64,000 nucleotides of DNA from Macrostomum lignano (lineage: Eukaryota), in contig NIVC01002627.1 in assembly GCA_002269645.1 (NCBI GenBank), positions 54,075 to 118,074 on the forward strand, written 5' to 3'. The position numbers and the translations under genes are program-made. The notes below the pieces were generated by a model that was not told the DNA's origin, did no database searches, and was given only the letters and a program-made list of their open reading frames with translations. Below, in pieces: positions 1 through 13,700 of this stretch (positions are counted from its first letter, which is position 1; every line of letters begins with the position of its first letter).

Positions 1-300
1 GATTGTCGGTTTAAGGATTGAAATTGTCGGTTTAAGGATTGAGATTGTCGGTTTAAGGATTGAGATTGTCGGTTTAAGGATTGAGATTGTCGGTTTAAGG
101 AATGGGATTGTCGGTTTAAGAATAGAGATTGTCGGTTTAAGGAATGAGATTGTCGGTTTAAGAATTGAGATTATCGGTCCAAGGACTGAGATTATCGGTT
201 CAAAGATTGAGATTATCGGTCCAAGGATTGAGATTGTCGGTTTAAGGACTGGAGTAAGTTTAATGGCAGATTGTCGGTTTAAGGCATGAGATTGTCAGTA
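1..300. repeat. 21-bp minisatellite (GAGATTGTCGGTTTAAGGATT)n, truncated by the window start
   Basis: Direct tandem units that degenerate towards ~300. Confidence 0.95.
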
Positions 301-782
301 AAAATATCATTGAGATCCCCAGTCTAGGCATGAGATTCTCAGTTTATTGCAATACGATATCAGTTACGAGATGCCACGGCAGTGACACTAGAATGCCGCG
401 TGTACTTTTGCCGCAGTACCGCCTGCATGCGTGTTTGGCGGCTTTTCGGGCAGCCAGCTGAGTCGTGGATTTCTGGCGCACTAGAAAACAAATAAATTCA
501 TCCTCTATGGCACAAACCGCGGTGCTTCTCTCGACTTTTCTTTCTGTATTGGCTCGGATTCTGTTGCCAACACGGGAAAGCGTCAGACCCAGCGCTGCAG
601 CTCTGTGGCCCGCCAGCACCCCAGCTACAAAGTGAGAAGTGCAGCAGAAGCAGCAGATTTAGCAGTTATAAGGATCCCCCTGCCCCCTCCTGCTCCCTGA
701 CTGTCGGCTGGAGTCTCTCCTGTCGCTGCAAGAACTCCGCAGGCTTTCAGACTCTTGTTCTTCATCTGAAAAAAATAGCGAC

Positions 783-2115
783 ATGCTAGCCTCTGTCGAC
801 GGCGACGACGACAGCTGTGGCAGCGGCAACAAGGACCCGACGGGCGCGGCCAGTCAGCAGCTGCACTGCCTGCCGGTGGCCGGAGCCACGGACACGGCTG
901 GAAACGAGTTCGGCAAGCTCTTCATCGGCGGGCTCAGTCAGCTGACTAACGAGACCAGCCTGCGCTGCCACTTCGGCATGTACGGCCAGGTGGAGGACGC
1001 CGTGGTGATGATGGACAGCCAGACTGGTCGGTCGCGCGGTTTCGGCTTTGTGAAATTCCGCGACCCCGCCGTAGTGGACGCCGTGCTGGAGACCAGCGAT
1101 CACGTGATCGACGGCAAGGCCGTGGACGTGAAGCAGAGCAACATCAACGTCAAAGGAAAGAGCAGCCGCAGTCTTAAGATCTTTGTCGGCGGCATCGCTC
1201 CGGAGCACGACTCCGCTACGGTAGGGCGCGCATTCAAACTCAAATTTTCTGCGAAATCACTGTCACATGGGTCGTAGACTCCCCCGATTGCAGAGGGGTG
1301 CTGGCGCCCCTGGTGCTGGCGCCCCTGGTGCTGGCGCCCCTGGTGCTGGCGCCCCTGGTGCTGGCGCCCCTGGTGCTGGCGCCCCTGGTGCTGGCGCCCC
1401 TGGTGCTGGCGCCCCTGGTGCTGGCGCCCCTGGTGCTGGCGCCCCTGGTGCTGGCGCCCCTGGTGCTGGCGCCCCTGGTGCTGGCGCCCCTGGTGCTGGC
1501 GCCCCTGGTGCTGGCGCCCCTGGTGCTGGCGCCCCTGGTGCTGGCGCCCCTGGTGCTGGCGCCCCTGGTGCTGGCGCCCCTGGTGCTGGCGCCCCTGGTG
1601 CTGGCGCCCCTGGTGCTGGCGCCCCTGGTGCTGGCGCCCCTGGTGCTGGCGCCCCTGGTGCTGGCGCCCCTGGTGCTGGCGCCCCTGGTGCTGGCGCCCC
1701 TGGTGCTGGCGCCCCTGGTGCTGGCGCCCCTGGTGCTGGCGCCCCTGGTGCTGGCGCCCCTGGTGCTGGCGCCCCTGGTGCTGGCGCCCCTGGTGCTTGC
1801 CTGTTAATAAGCCAGTTAAAACTGACCTACCCGCAGGTGCGCGCCTGTTTCTCCCAGTTCGGCCGGGTGACGGACGTCAACCTCATGCTGGACCAGACCA
1901 AGCAACGGCACCGCGGCTTCGCCTTTGTCGCCTTCGACGACGAGCGCGTGGTAGCCCGGCTGGTGCAGCTGCACTACGTCGACATCTGTGGCCGACTAGT
2001 CGAAGTCAAAGCCATGAAGCCGCCAAACTTCGACACCGCCGCTGCTGCCGCTCGAGGCCAAGCGTCGGCCGCTGCGGCGGCTGCTGCAGCGGCTGCAGCG
2101 GCCACCTCTCAGTAC

Positions 2116-2146
<31 letters not shown>

Positions 2147-2259
2147 TCTACCAAGCTGCGCAGCCCTATCACTTGATGCAGCCGCACCAGCTGCTGCCGC
2201 CACCGCCGCCGCCGCCCCTTCAACCGTCTCTGCCGCCGTTGCACCATCTGCTGCATCCT

Positions 2260-2290
<31 letters not shown>

Positions 2291-2405
2291 TGCCGCCAAT
2301 GCCGGCTCATATCGCCTACCCGGCAACTGCTTGGCAACCGGCTATGCCGTGCGATCCTAGCGCCGGTCAGGGAGCCGGAGTCTGCACTTTGGCCTATTAT
2401 CCTGG

Positions 2406-2445
<40 letters not shown>

Positions 2446-2931
2446 CAACAGCTGCTGGACGGCGGTTTCTGCACCGCGCCCTGGGGCACCCAACAGCCGC
2501 CATGGCTGCCGCAGGCGCTGGTCGCCTGGCCCAGTCTGGCGCCACCTCCGCCGCTGCCGCCTCCGCCTCCGCCGCCACCACCGCCGCCGCCTCCTGCGGC
2601 CTACCTTCAGCCAATCGGCGGCGGCGGTGGCGGTGGTGGAGGCGGCGGCCAGTCTCCTCAGCAGCCGCAGTCTCAGCATCATCATCATCAGGCTCAGTCC
2701 TCATCATCATCTGCATTTATTGTTGCCGGGCAGGACGATTGCAGCTCAGCTTATGCCAGCTGGCTAAGTCAGGCCGCAGCTGGAGACTTTGATAGGCGGG
2801 ACAGCGGCAAGCAGACTCAGCAGGGAGCTTCGGCACAACAGCAGGCAGTATCCGCTTCATCGCAGCCTCAGCCTCCACCTCAGCAGCCGCAGCAGCAGGG
2901 AGCCAGCTTCGCTGCTGTTCGAGAACTTTAA
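783..2931 (+). CDS. Tandem-RRM RNA-binding protein of the DAZAP1/Hrp48-Musashi (hnRNP A/B-like) family with a Q/P/A-rich low-complexity tail, ~510 aa; exons 783-1220 and 1837-2931
   Basis: RRM1 has KLFIGGL...RSRGFGFVKF. RRM2 has KIFVGGI...QRHRGFAFVAF...VEVK. A phase-0 intron 1221-1836 (GTAGGG...CTGAC...CCGCAG) joins HDSAT to VRACFSQFG. FVKF and KIFVGGI lean towards DAZAP1, while RHRGF is Musashi-like. Confidence 0.9.
1297..1797. repeat. Perfect 15-bp minisatellite (GGTGCTGGCGCCCCT)x33 in the RRM-gene intron
   Basis: 33 identical units 1297-1791 plus a partial unit. Confidence 0.97.
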
Positions 2932-3597
2932 TCCTTTTTTTATAAAAAAAGACAGAAACCAGCGGAGCTTTTTTGTTGGGAAATTTTTCTTTTATTCATA
3001 ATTCCTTTCTGATTCATTTTCGGCCTTTTCATTATTAGTAAGGTTTGCTTGAGTTCTGGCAACCTTCTGCCCTGCTGTGGGAGCCGTGTTTGTGAGTTAC
3101 TAACACGGGATTAATACCTGTAACTAATATTAACACACCTGCATGCTTACCTGTGTGCCACACGAACAAGCTAAACTTTCCATCTAATTATTTTCCCCAC
3201 CCGCTTGGCAACTCGCGCGAGCAAAAAAACGACACCTTATTTTACATTTACTTTTCCCCTACTCAGTTTAATAAGCTGTAACGCATCATTAACTGCAGTG
3301 CCAACCTGTTGTTTGGTTTTTAAAACTATAAATATAGACTTTGAGACAAACAGAAGCGCAGACCTGTCATACTCTAGAGGAACTGTATTGTCAGCTATTA
3401 AAGCAGTAATCAGTCCGTGATTTGCTTATTTATTTGATCTATCAATTAGTCATTTAGTCTAGATTTCTAATGAGGAATAATAGTTTGCGAGAATACTTTG
3501 TTAATTTGGTCTGATAAGTTCAGGGAACAATTAAGGTTAAATTCAGTTGTGAAAGTCTCAATAGCATCAGTATTTTTTATCACATTAGGTGTCGGGT

Positions 3598-4350
3598 GTC
3601 AGTGAGGCGCCAAAAGAGTCAGTGAGGTGCCAAGAGAGTCAGTGAGGCGCCAAAAGAGTCAGTGAGGTGCCAAGAGAGTCAGTGAGGCGCCAAGAGAGTC
3701 AGTGAGGCGCTAAAAGAGTCAGTGAGGCACCAAGAGAGTCAGTGAGGCGCCAAGAGAGTCAGTCAGTGAGGCGCCAAGATAGTCAGTGAGGCGTCCCAAG
3801 AGAGTCAGTCAGGCACTAAGAGTGTTGATGAGGCGCCAAGAGAGTCAGTCAGGCACTAAGAGTGTTGATGAGGCGCCAAGAGAGTCAGTCAGGCACTAAG
3901 AGTGTTGATGAGGCGCCAAAGGAGTCAGTGAGGCGCAAAGAGAGTCAGTGAGGCGCCAAAGGAGTTAGTGAGGCGCCAAAGGAGTTAGTGAGGCGCCAAA
4001 GGAGTTAGTGAGGCGCCAAAGGAGTCAGTGAGGCGCCCCAAGAGAGTCAGTCAGGCACTAAGAGTGTTGATGAGGCGCCAAGAGAGTCAGTCAGGCACTA
4101 AGAGTGTTGATGAGGCGCCAAGAGAGTCAGTCAGGCACTAAGAGTGTTGATGAGGCGCCAAAGGAGTCAGTGAGGCGCAAAGAGAGTCAGTGAGGCGCCA
4201 AAGGAGTTAGTGAGGCGCCAAAGGAGTTAGTGAGGCGCCAAAGGAGTTAGTGAGGCGCCAAAGGAGTCAGTGAGGCGCCAAGAGAGTCAGTGAGGCGCCA
4301 AGAGAGTCAGTGAGGCGCAAAGAGAGTCAGTGAGGCGCCAAGAGACTCAG
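3598..4350. repeat. ~20-bp minisatellite (GAGTCAGTGAGGCGCCAAGA)n with an internal ~240-bp block duplication
   Basis: Tandem units; the variant block GTCAGGCACTAAGAGTGTTGATG recurs at ~3805-3910 and ~4045-4150. Confidence 0.93.
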
Positions 4351-5249
4351 TAAGCAAGACAGTCTCGACAACTCTCAGTGAGTCGAGAGTTTTGATAAAT
4401 TGCTCTGGCTATTGCAGCAATATTACGGAGGAATATTCTGGTATTCTATGGCTTATAATCAGCAAACAACGCTACTATTGAGTAGGTAAATGCAGTTGTG
4501 ACTTACAGTAAAAATTTTGTGACTAATTTTTGTCGAAGTGACGCAGTCAAATGAGCTATTTTTTGGTTGAGGAGTTTAAGATTGTGAGTGAGTTTATGGT
4601 GAGTTTATTGTGAATTTATGAGCTAGTTTATAAGGTATCAAATAAATATTAGAAATCACGCTATAAATATAAATGCATTCAAAAATAACAACCAATTTGG
4701 GGTTTCGTCTGATATCACTGTTGCGTTAACCATCATTTGAAAAGACAATGCACGATTATGGGTTAAGAACTGGCATAGTAACTAAATTACACCAATCCTA
4801 CCGCAAACCTGGATTGAAATCATCATAAAACTTGGAAATAAGTATCATTGTTAGTTGCTATGATGTCTAAAATGTCATCTGGATCATGAGCTGGTCCAAG
4901 GAAGTTTTTGGGGCTTAAAGAGGCTTATAATGTATACCGCCCTTTTGCCTGTCTTGGTAATTATATATACTATCTAGGTCTAGGCTTTCTAATAGTTAGT
5001 TACTAGGCAATTGGCATCTTTGATGTTTGACAGGCAGCTGGTGTGCTGTATTTTTGTATCTCCCCTTCTTCATCCCAGTCGCTAAGGCGCTTTCTTAAGT
5101 GCACTGTCTGCCTTTCTGGGAAATGCTTGTTAAGTCCAGTAAACTTTTGTGTATATATGTAATGCATGCAAATTCTAACATATCAGAGTTCTATGTTGTC
5201 ACTGCTGCAGAATATTATCACCTCGATCCCTTCATCTCTCTACTCTGTC

Positions 5250-5880
5250 TTTTCCTTCTTCCCTTCCTGTCCTCTCCTCTCCCTTCATCTCTCTGTCCTC
5301 TTCTCTCCCTTCATCTCTCTGTCCTATCATCTCCCTTCATCTCTCTGTCCTCTCCTCTCCCTTCATCTCTCTGTCCTCTTCTCTCCCTTCATTTCTCTGT
5401 CCTATCATCTCCCTTCATCTCTCTGTCCTCTCATCTCTCTTCATCTCTCTGTCCTCTCATCTCCCCTCATCTCTCTGTCCTCTCTTCTTCCTTCATCTTT
5501 CTGTCCTCTCATCTCCCCTCATTTCTCTGTCCTCTCATCTCCCTTCATCTCTCTGTTCTCTCATCTCCCTTCATCTCTCTGTCCTCTCTTCTTCCTTCAT
5601 CTTTCTGTCCTCTCATCTCCCCTCATTTCTCTGTCCTCTCATCTCTCTTCATCTCTCTGTCCTCTCATCTCCCTTCATCTCTCTGTCCTCTCATCTCCCT
5701 TCATCTCTCTGTCCTCTCTTATTCCTTCATCTTTCTGTCCTCTCCTCTTCATTCATCTCTCTGTCCTCTCATCTCCCTTCATCTCTCTGTCCTCTCCCTT
5801 CATCTCTCTGTCCTCTCCCTTCATCTCTTTATCCTCTCTTCACTTTCATCATAGGTTTACTCTTCCAGCCTTTCATCTCT
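5250..5880. repeat. CT-rich degenerate minisatellite (CTTCATCTCTCTGTCCTCTC-like)
   Basis: Repeated TCATCTCTCTGTCC motif. Confidence 0.9.
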
Positions 5881-6190
5881 CCCTGATCTGTCCAAAAGAT
5901 TCCACGCAACAACAGAAGACCAGATCAAAGTTAACCAGATTGATTATTTGGTCTAAAGGTAAGCGGGAAGTGATTCTACAGATGTGGAAATTAATTTTAC
6001 CATTGTTAAAGTGTCGGGCACAAATACAATGTAACCAACCATATTTTACAATCCCTTCATTCCTCCCTCATCAATCAAATTTTGCCCAAAATCATGCCTT
6101 CGTTTCCAATTCAATGGCCCCAGCTTGCCACTCGGTAACTAACTGGATGAAATAAAACTTCATCCGTGGGAATGATAGGGAAATTGTGGC

Positions 6191-6966
6191 TGTGGCGCTT
6201 AAATCTTTGAATTTGAGGCGCTTAAATTTTGATTGTGGCGCTTAAATCTTTGAATTTGGGGCGCTTAAATTTTGATTGTGACGCTTAAATCTTTGAATTT
6301 GGGGCGCTTAAATTTTGATTGTGGCGCTTAAATCTTTGAATTTGGGGCGCTTAAATTTTGATTGTGGCGCTTAAATCTTTGAATTTGGGGCGCTTAAATC
6401 TTTGAATTTGGGGCGCTTAAATTTTGATTGTGGCGCTTAAATCTTTGAATTTGGGGCGCTTAAATTTTGATTGTGGCGCTTAAATCTTTGATTGTGGTGC
6501 TTAAATCTTTGATTGTGGTGCTTAAATCTTTGATTGTGGCGCTTAAATCTTTGTTTGTGGCGCTTAAATCTTTGTTTGTGGCGCTTAAATCTTTGTTTGT
6601 GGCGCTTAAATCTTTGATTGTGGCGCGTAAATCTTTGATTGTGGCGCTTAAATCTTTGTTTGTGGCGCTTAAATCTTTGTTTTTGGCGCTTAAATCTTTG
6701 TTTGTGGCGCTTAAATCTTTGTTTGTGGCGCTTAAATCTTTGATTGTGGCGCTTAAATCTTTGTTTGTGGCGCTTAAATCTTTGTTTGTGGCGCTTAAAT
6801 CTTTGTTTGTGGCGCTTAAATCTTTGATTGTGGCGCGTAAATCTTTGATTGTGGCGCTTAAATCTTTGTTTGTGGCGCTTAAATCTTTGTTTGTGGCGCT
6901 TAAATCTTTGTTTGTGGCGCTTAAATCTTTGTTTGTGGCGCTTAAATCTTTTACTGTGGCGCTTAA
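6191..6966. repeat. 21-bp minisatellite (TGTGGCGCTTAAATCTTTG[A/T]T)n
   Basis: Tandem units that give the 7-aa periodic spurious ORFs. Confidence 0.95.
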
Positions 6967-7009
6967 GAGGCCAGATAAAAAATTCAACTTATGGCTGCAA
7001 GCAAATTGA

Positions 7010-7335
7010 GAGGAAATGAGAGATGAGGGAAGAGATGCAGAGAAGGGAGAGGGGAGAGAAGAGAGAAAAGTGAGAGGAGAGGGGAGGGAGAAAAGATGAG
7101 ATGAGATGAGTGAGAGAAGATGTAAGATAGAAGATTGAGAAGATTGAGAAGAGGAGAGAGAGATGAAAGATAAAATTAGAAATCAGATGAGATGTCAAAT
7201 GAGATGGGAAGAGAGATGGGATGAGAGTTTGAATAAGAGAGAAGATAAGAATATAGAAAGGCTGAGAATAGATGATAGCGATGAGAGGAGATGAAAGAGG
7301 AGATGAGATGAAACAAGAGATCTTAGAAGAGACAG
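7010..7335. repeat. GA-rich low-complexity tract
   Basis: Almost pure purine GAGA/GAGATG sequence. Confidence 0.8.
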
Positions 7336-7774
7336 AACCCAGCGCGGGCCTTACTGCCAAGTTTACCTTACCTGCAAGGTAAAATTTCACAATTCAAATG
7401 TGCAAGCAGTGACTCATCTGAGTTCGTCTCAGTAACAAACATTCGATACCACCCATACGTATTTTATATTTACTATTTATTAATCTCTGAGGAACTTTAA
7501 ATGCATGGGGTGACCCCCTGCACACCTGCGTTTGGCACTTTGATAATTAGGTGATGGTTGGTTCTGCAATTGTCGTTGCTATATTTTATTTCGTCACCCA
7601 ATTTCTATATTATTTAATACGCTTGAATAAAGTTGAAATTCTGAATTCGAAAATTGTTGTTTTGGGATCGTTATCGCCAAGACCACTTGGTTTGGAACGT
7701 AAGTTGTAATCAGGGGCTGGTAAACCTAAGCGAACTTTACCAGGTAGAAATCTAGATCCTGACGGCCCATGTAT

Positions 7775-10700
7775 TAGGCGCCAAAATCAGTGTCTAGGCG
7801 CCAAAATCAGTGTCTAGGCACCAAAATCAGTGTCTAGGCGCCAAAATCAGTGTCTAGGCGCCAAAATCAGTGTCTAGGCGCCAAAATCAGTGTCTAGGCG
7901 CCAAAATCAGTGTCTAGGCGCCAAAATCAGTGTCTAGGCGCCAAAATCAGTGTCTAGGCGCCAAAATGGATATCTGGGAGCCAAAATGGTTGTGTAGACG
8001 CCAAAATAGTTGTACGAGCTATAGGCGCCAAAATGATTTTCTAGGCGCCAAAATGGTTGTCTAGGCACCAAAATGGTTTTCTAGAAACCAAAATGATTGT
8101 CTAGGCGCCAAAATGATTTTCTAGACGCCAAAATGATTGTCTAGTCGCCAAAATGATTTTCTAGACGCCAAAATGGTTGCCTAGGCGCCAAAATGGTTTT
8201 CTAGACGCCAAAATGATTGTCTAGTCGCCAAAATGATTTTCTAGACGCCAAAATGGTTGCCTAGGCGCCAAAATGGTTTTCTAGACGCCAAAATGGTTTT
8301 CTAGACGCCAAAATGGTTGCCTAGGCGCCAAAATGGTTGTCTAGGCACCAAAATGGTTTTCTAGAAACCAAAATGATTGTCTAAGCGCCAAAATGATTTT
8401 CTAGACGCCAAAATGGTTGCCTAGGCGCCAAAATGGTTTTCTAGACGCCAAAATGATTGTCTAGTCGCCAAAATGATTTTCTAGACGCCAAAATGATTGT
8501 CTAAGCGCCAAAATGATTTTCTAGACGCCAAAATGATTGTCTAGTCGCCAAAATGATTTTCTAGACGCCAAAATGGTTGCCTAGGCGCCAAAATGGTTTT
8601 CTAGACGCCAAAATGGTTGCCTAGGCGCCAAAATGGTTGTCTAGGCACCAAAATGGTTTTCTAGAAACCAAAATGATTGTCTAGGCGCCAAAATGATTTT
8701 CTAGACGCCAAAATGATTGTTTAGTCGCCAAAATGATTGTCTAGTCGCCAAAATGGTTGTCTAGGCGCCAAAACGATTTTCTAGGCGCCAAAATGGTTTT
8801 CTAGACGCCAAAATAATTGTCTAGTCGCCAAAATGATTTTCTAGACGCCAAAATGGTTGCCTAGGCGCCAAAATGGTTTTCTAGACGCCAAAATGGTTTC
8901 CTAGACGCCAAAATGGTTGCCTAGGCGCCAAAATGGTTGTCTAGGCACCAAAATGGTTTTCTAGAAACCAAAATGATTGTCTAGGCGCCAAAATGATTTT
9001 CTAGACGCCAAAATGATTGTCTAGTCGCCAAAATGATTGTCTAGTCGCCAAAATGGTTGTCTAGGCGCCAAAACGATTTTCTAGGCGCCAAAATGGTTAT
9101 TTGTGAGCCAAAATGGTTTTCTAGAAACTAAAATGATTTTCTAGGCGCCAAAATGATTGTCTAGGCGCCAAAATGGTTGTCTAGGCGCCAAAATGATTTT
9201 CTAGGCGCCAAAACGATTTTCTAGGCGCCAAAATGGTTATTTGTGAGCCAAAATGGTTGCCTAGGCGCCAAAATGGTGTTCTAGACGCCAAAATGGTTTT
9301 CTAGACGCCAAAATGATTGTCTAGTCGCCAAAATGATTTTCTAGACGCCAAAATGGTTGCCTAGGCGCCAAAATGGTTTTCTAGACGCCAAAATGGTTTT
9401 CTAGACGCCAAAATGGTTGCCTAGGCGCCAAAATGGTTGTCTAGGCACCAAAATGGTTTTCTAGAAACCAAAATGATTGTCTAAGCGCCAAAATGGTTTT
9501 CTAGACGCCAAAATGGTTGCCTAGGCGCCAAAATGGTTGTCTAGGCACCAAAATGGTTTTCTAGAAACCAAAATGATTGTCTAAGCGCCGAAATGATTTT
9601 CTAGACGCCAAAATGGTTGCCTAGGCGCCAAAATGGTTTTCTAGACGCCAAAATGATTGTCTAGTCGCCAAAATGATTTTCTAGACGCCAAAATGATTGT
9701 CTAAGCGCCAAAATGATTTTCTAGACGCCAAAATGATTGTCTAGTCGCCAAAATGATTTTCTAGACGCCAAAATGGTTGCCTAGGCGCCAAAATGGTTTT
9801 CTAGACGCCAAAATGGTTGCCTAGGCGCCAAAATGGTTGTCTAGGCACCAAAATGGTTTTCTAGAAACCAAAATGATTGTCTAGGCGCCAAAATGATTTT
9901 CTAGACGCCAAAATGATTGTCTAGTCGCCAAAATGATTGTCTAGTCGCCAAAATGGTTGTCTAGGCGCCAAAACGATTTTCTGGGCGCCAAAATGGTTTT
10001 CTAGACGCCAAAATAATTGTCTAGTCGCCAAAATGATTTTCTAGACGCCAAAATGGTTGCCTAGGCGCCAAAATGGTTTTCTAGACGCCAAAATGGTTTT
10101 CTAGACGCCAAAATGGTTGCCTAGGCGCCAAAATGGTTGTCTAGGCACCAAAATGGTTTTCTAGAAACCAAAATGATTGTCTAAGCGCCAAAATGATTTT
10201 CTAGACGCCAAAATGATTGTCTAGTCGCCAAAATGATTTTCTAGACGCCAAAATGGTTGCCTAGGCGCCAAAATGGTTTTCTAGACGCCAAAATGGTTGC
10301 CTAGGCGCCAAAATGGTTGTCTAGGCACCAAAATGGTTTTCTAGAAACCAAAATGATTGTCTAGTCGCCAAAATGATTGTCTAGTCGCCAAAATGGTTGT
10401 CTAGGCGCCAAAACGATTTTCTAGGCGCCAAAATGGTTATTTGTGAGCCAAAATGGTTTTCTAGAAACTAAAATGATTTTCTAGGCGCCAAAATGATTGT
10501 CTAGGCGCCAAAATGGTTGTCTAGGCGCCAAAATGATTGTCTAGGCGCCAAAACGATTTTCTAGGCGCCAAAATGGTTATTTGTGAGCCAAAATGGTTGC
10601 CTAGGCGCCAAAATGGTGTTCTAGATGCCAAAATGGTTTTCTAGACGCCAAAATGGTTGCCTAGGCGCCAAAATGGTTGTCTAGGCACCAAAATGGTTTT

Positions 10701-13700
10701 CTAGAAACCAAAATGATTGTCTAGGCGCCAAAATGATTTTCTAGACGCCAAAATGATTGTCTAGTCGCCAAAATGATTTTCTAGACGCCAAAATGGTTGC
10801 CTAGGCGCCAAAATGGTTTTCTAGACGCCAAAATGATTGTCTAGTCGCCAAAATGATTTTCTAGACGCCAAAATGGTTGCCTAGGCGCCAAAATGGTTTT
10901 CTAGACGCCAAAATGGTTTTCTAGACGCCAAAATGGTTGCCTAGGCGCAAAAATGGTTGTCTAGGCACCAAAATGGTTTTCTAGAAACCAAAATGATTGT
11001 CTAGGCGCCAAAATGATTTTCTAGACGCCAAAATGATTGTCTAGTCGCCAAAATGATTTTCTAGACGCCAAAATGGTTGCCTAGGCGCCAAAATGGTTTT
11101 CTAGACGCCAAAATGATTTTCTAGACGCCAAAATGGTTGCCTAGGCGCCAAAATGGTTGTCTAGGCACCAAAATGGTTTTCTAGAAACCAAAATGATTGT
11201 CTAGGCGCCAAAATGATTTTCTAGACGCCAAAATGATTTTCTAGTCGCCAAAATGATTTTCTAGACGCCAAAATGATTGTCTAGTCGCCAAAATGATTTT
11301 CTAGACGCCAAAATGGTTGCCTAGGCGCCAAAATGGTTTTCTAGACGCCAAAATGGTTGCCTAGGCGCCAAAATGGTTGTCTAGGCACCAAAATGGTTTT
11401 CTAGAAACCAAAATGATTGTCTAGGCGCCAAAATGATTTTCTAGACGCCAAAATGATTGTCTAGTCGCCAAAATGATTGTCTAGTCGCCAAAATGGTTGT
11501 CTAGGCGCCAAAACGATTTTCTAGGCGCCAAAATGGTTATTTGTGAGCCAAAATGGTTTTCTAGAAACTAAAATGATTTTCTAGGCGCCAAAATGATTGT
11601 CTAGGCGCCAAAATGGTTGTCTAGGCGCCAAAATGATTGTCTAGGCGCCAAAACGATTTTCTAGGCGCCAAAATGGTTATTTGTGAGCCAAAATGGTTGC
11701 CTAGGCGCCAAAATGGTGTTCTAGACGCCAAAATGGTTTTCTAGACGCCAAAATGATTGTCTAGTCGCCAAAATGATTTTCTAGACGCCAAAATGGTTGC
11801 CTAGGCGCCAAAATGGTTTTCTAGACGCCAAAATGGTTTTCTAGACGCCAAAATGGTTGCCTAGGCGCCAAAATGGTTGTCTAGGCACCAAAATGGTTTT
11901 CTAGAAACCAAAATGATTGTCTAAGCGCCAAAATGGTTTTCTAGACGCCAAAATGGTTGCCTAGGCGCCAAAATGGTTGTCTAGGCACCAAAATGGTTTT
12001 CTAGAAACCAAAATGATTGTCTAAGCGCCAAAATGATTTTCTAGACGCCAAAATGGTTGCCTAGGCGCCAAAATGGTTTTCTAGACGCCAAAATGATTGT
12101 CTAGTCGCCAAAATGATTTTCTAGACGCCAAAATGATTGTCTAAGCGCCAAAATGATTGTCTAGTCGCCAAAATGGTTGCCTAGGCGCCAAAATGGTTTT
12201 CTAGACGCCAAAATGGTTGCCTAGGCGCCAAAATGGTTGTCTAGGCACCAAAATGGTTTTCTAGAAACCAAAATGATTGTCTAGGCGCCAAAATGATTTT
12301 CTAGACGCCAAAATGATTGTCTAGTCGCCAAAATGATTGTCTAGTCGCCAAAATGGTTGTCTAGGCGCCAAAACGATTTTCTGGGCGCCAAAATGGTTTT
12401 CTAGACGCCAAAATAATTGTCTAGTCGCCAAAATGATTTTCTAGACGCCAAAATGGTTGCCTAGGCGCCAAAATGGTGTTCTAGACGCCAAAATGGTTTT
12501 CTAGACGCCAAAATGATTGTCTAGTCGCCAAAATGATTTTCTAGACGCCAAAATGGTTGCCTAGGCGCCAAAATGGTTTTCTAGACGCCAAAATGGTTTT
12601 CTAGACGCCAAAATGGTTGCCTAGGCGCCAAAATGGTTGTCTAGGCACCAAAATGGTTTTCTAGAAACCAAAATGATTGTCTAAGCGCCAAAATGGTTTT
12701 CTAGACGCCAAAATGGTTGCCTAGGCGCCAAAATGGTTGTCTAGGCACCAAAATGGTTTTCTAGAAACCAAAATGATTGTCTAAGCGCCGAAATGATTTT
12801 CTAGACGCCAAAATGGTTGCCTAGGCGCCAAAATGGTTTTCTAGACGCCAAAATGATTGTCTAGTCGCCAAAATGATTTTCTAGACGCCAAAATGATTGT
12901 CTAAGCGCCAAAATGATTTTCTAGACGCCAAAATGATTGTCTAGTCGCCAAAATGATTTTCTAGACGCCAAAATGGTTGCCTAGGCGCCAAAATGGTTTT
13001 CTAGACGCCAAAATGGTTGCCTAGGCGCCAAAATGGTTGTCTAGGCACCAAAATGGTTTTCTAGAAACCAAAATGATTGTCTAGGCGCCAAAATGATTTT
13101 CTAGACGCCAAAATGATTGTCTAGTCGCCAAAATGATTGTCTAGTCGCCAAAATGGTTGTCTAGGCGCCAAAACGATTTTCTGGGCGCCAAAATGGTTTT
13201 CTAGACGCCAAAATAATTGTCTAGTCGCCAAAATGATTTTCTAGACGCCAAAATGGTTGCCTAGGCGCCAAAATGGTTTTCTAGACGCCAAAATGGTTTT
13301 CTAGACGCCAAAATGGTTGCCTAGGCGCCAAAATGGTTGTCTAGGCACCAAAATGGTTTTCTAGAAACCAAAATGATTGTCTAAGCGCCAAAATGATTTT
13401 CTAGACGCCAAAATGATTGTCTAGTCGCCAAAATGATTTTCTAGACGCCAAAATGGTTGCCTAGGCGCCAAAATGGTTTTCTAGACGCCAAAATGGTTGC
13501 CTAGGCGCCAAAATGGTTGTCTAGGCACCAAAATGGTTTTCTAGAAACCAAAATGATTGTCTAGTCGCCAAAATGATTGTCTAGTCGCCAAAATGGTTGT
13601 CTAGGCGCCAAAACGATTTTCTAGGCGCCAAAATGGTTATTTGTGAGCCAAAATGGTTTTCTAGAAACTAAAATGATTTTCTAGGCGCCAAAATGATTGT

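Noticed and set aside
344-619. 91-aa minus-strand ORF upstream of the RRM gene
   Set aside because: No recognisable motif or supporting splice structure.
7360-7375. CTTACCTG resembling the U1 snRNA 5' end or a minus-strand donor (also at ~3146 and ~33432)
   Set aside because: No U1 body follows, and isolated 8-mers are expected by chance without partner acceptors.
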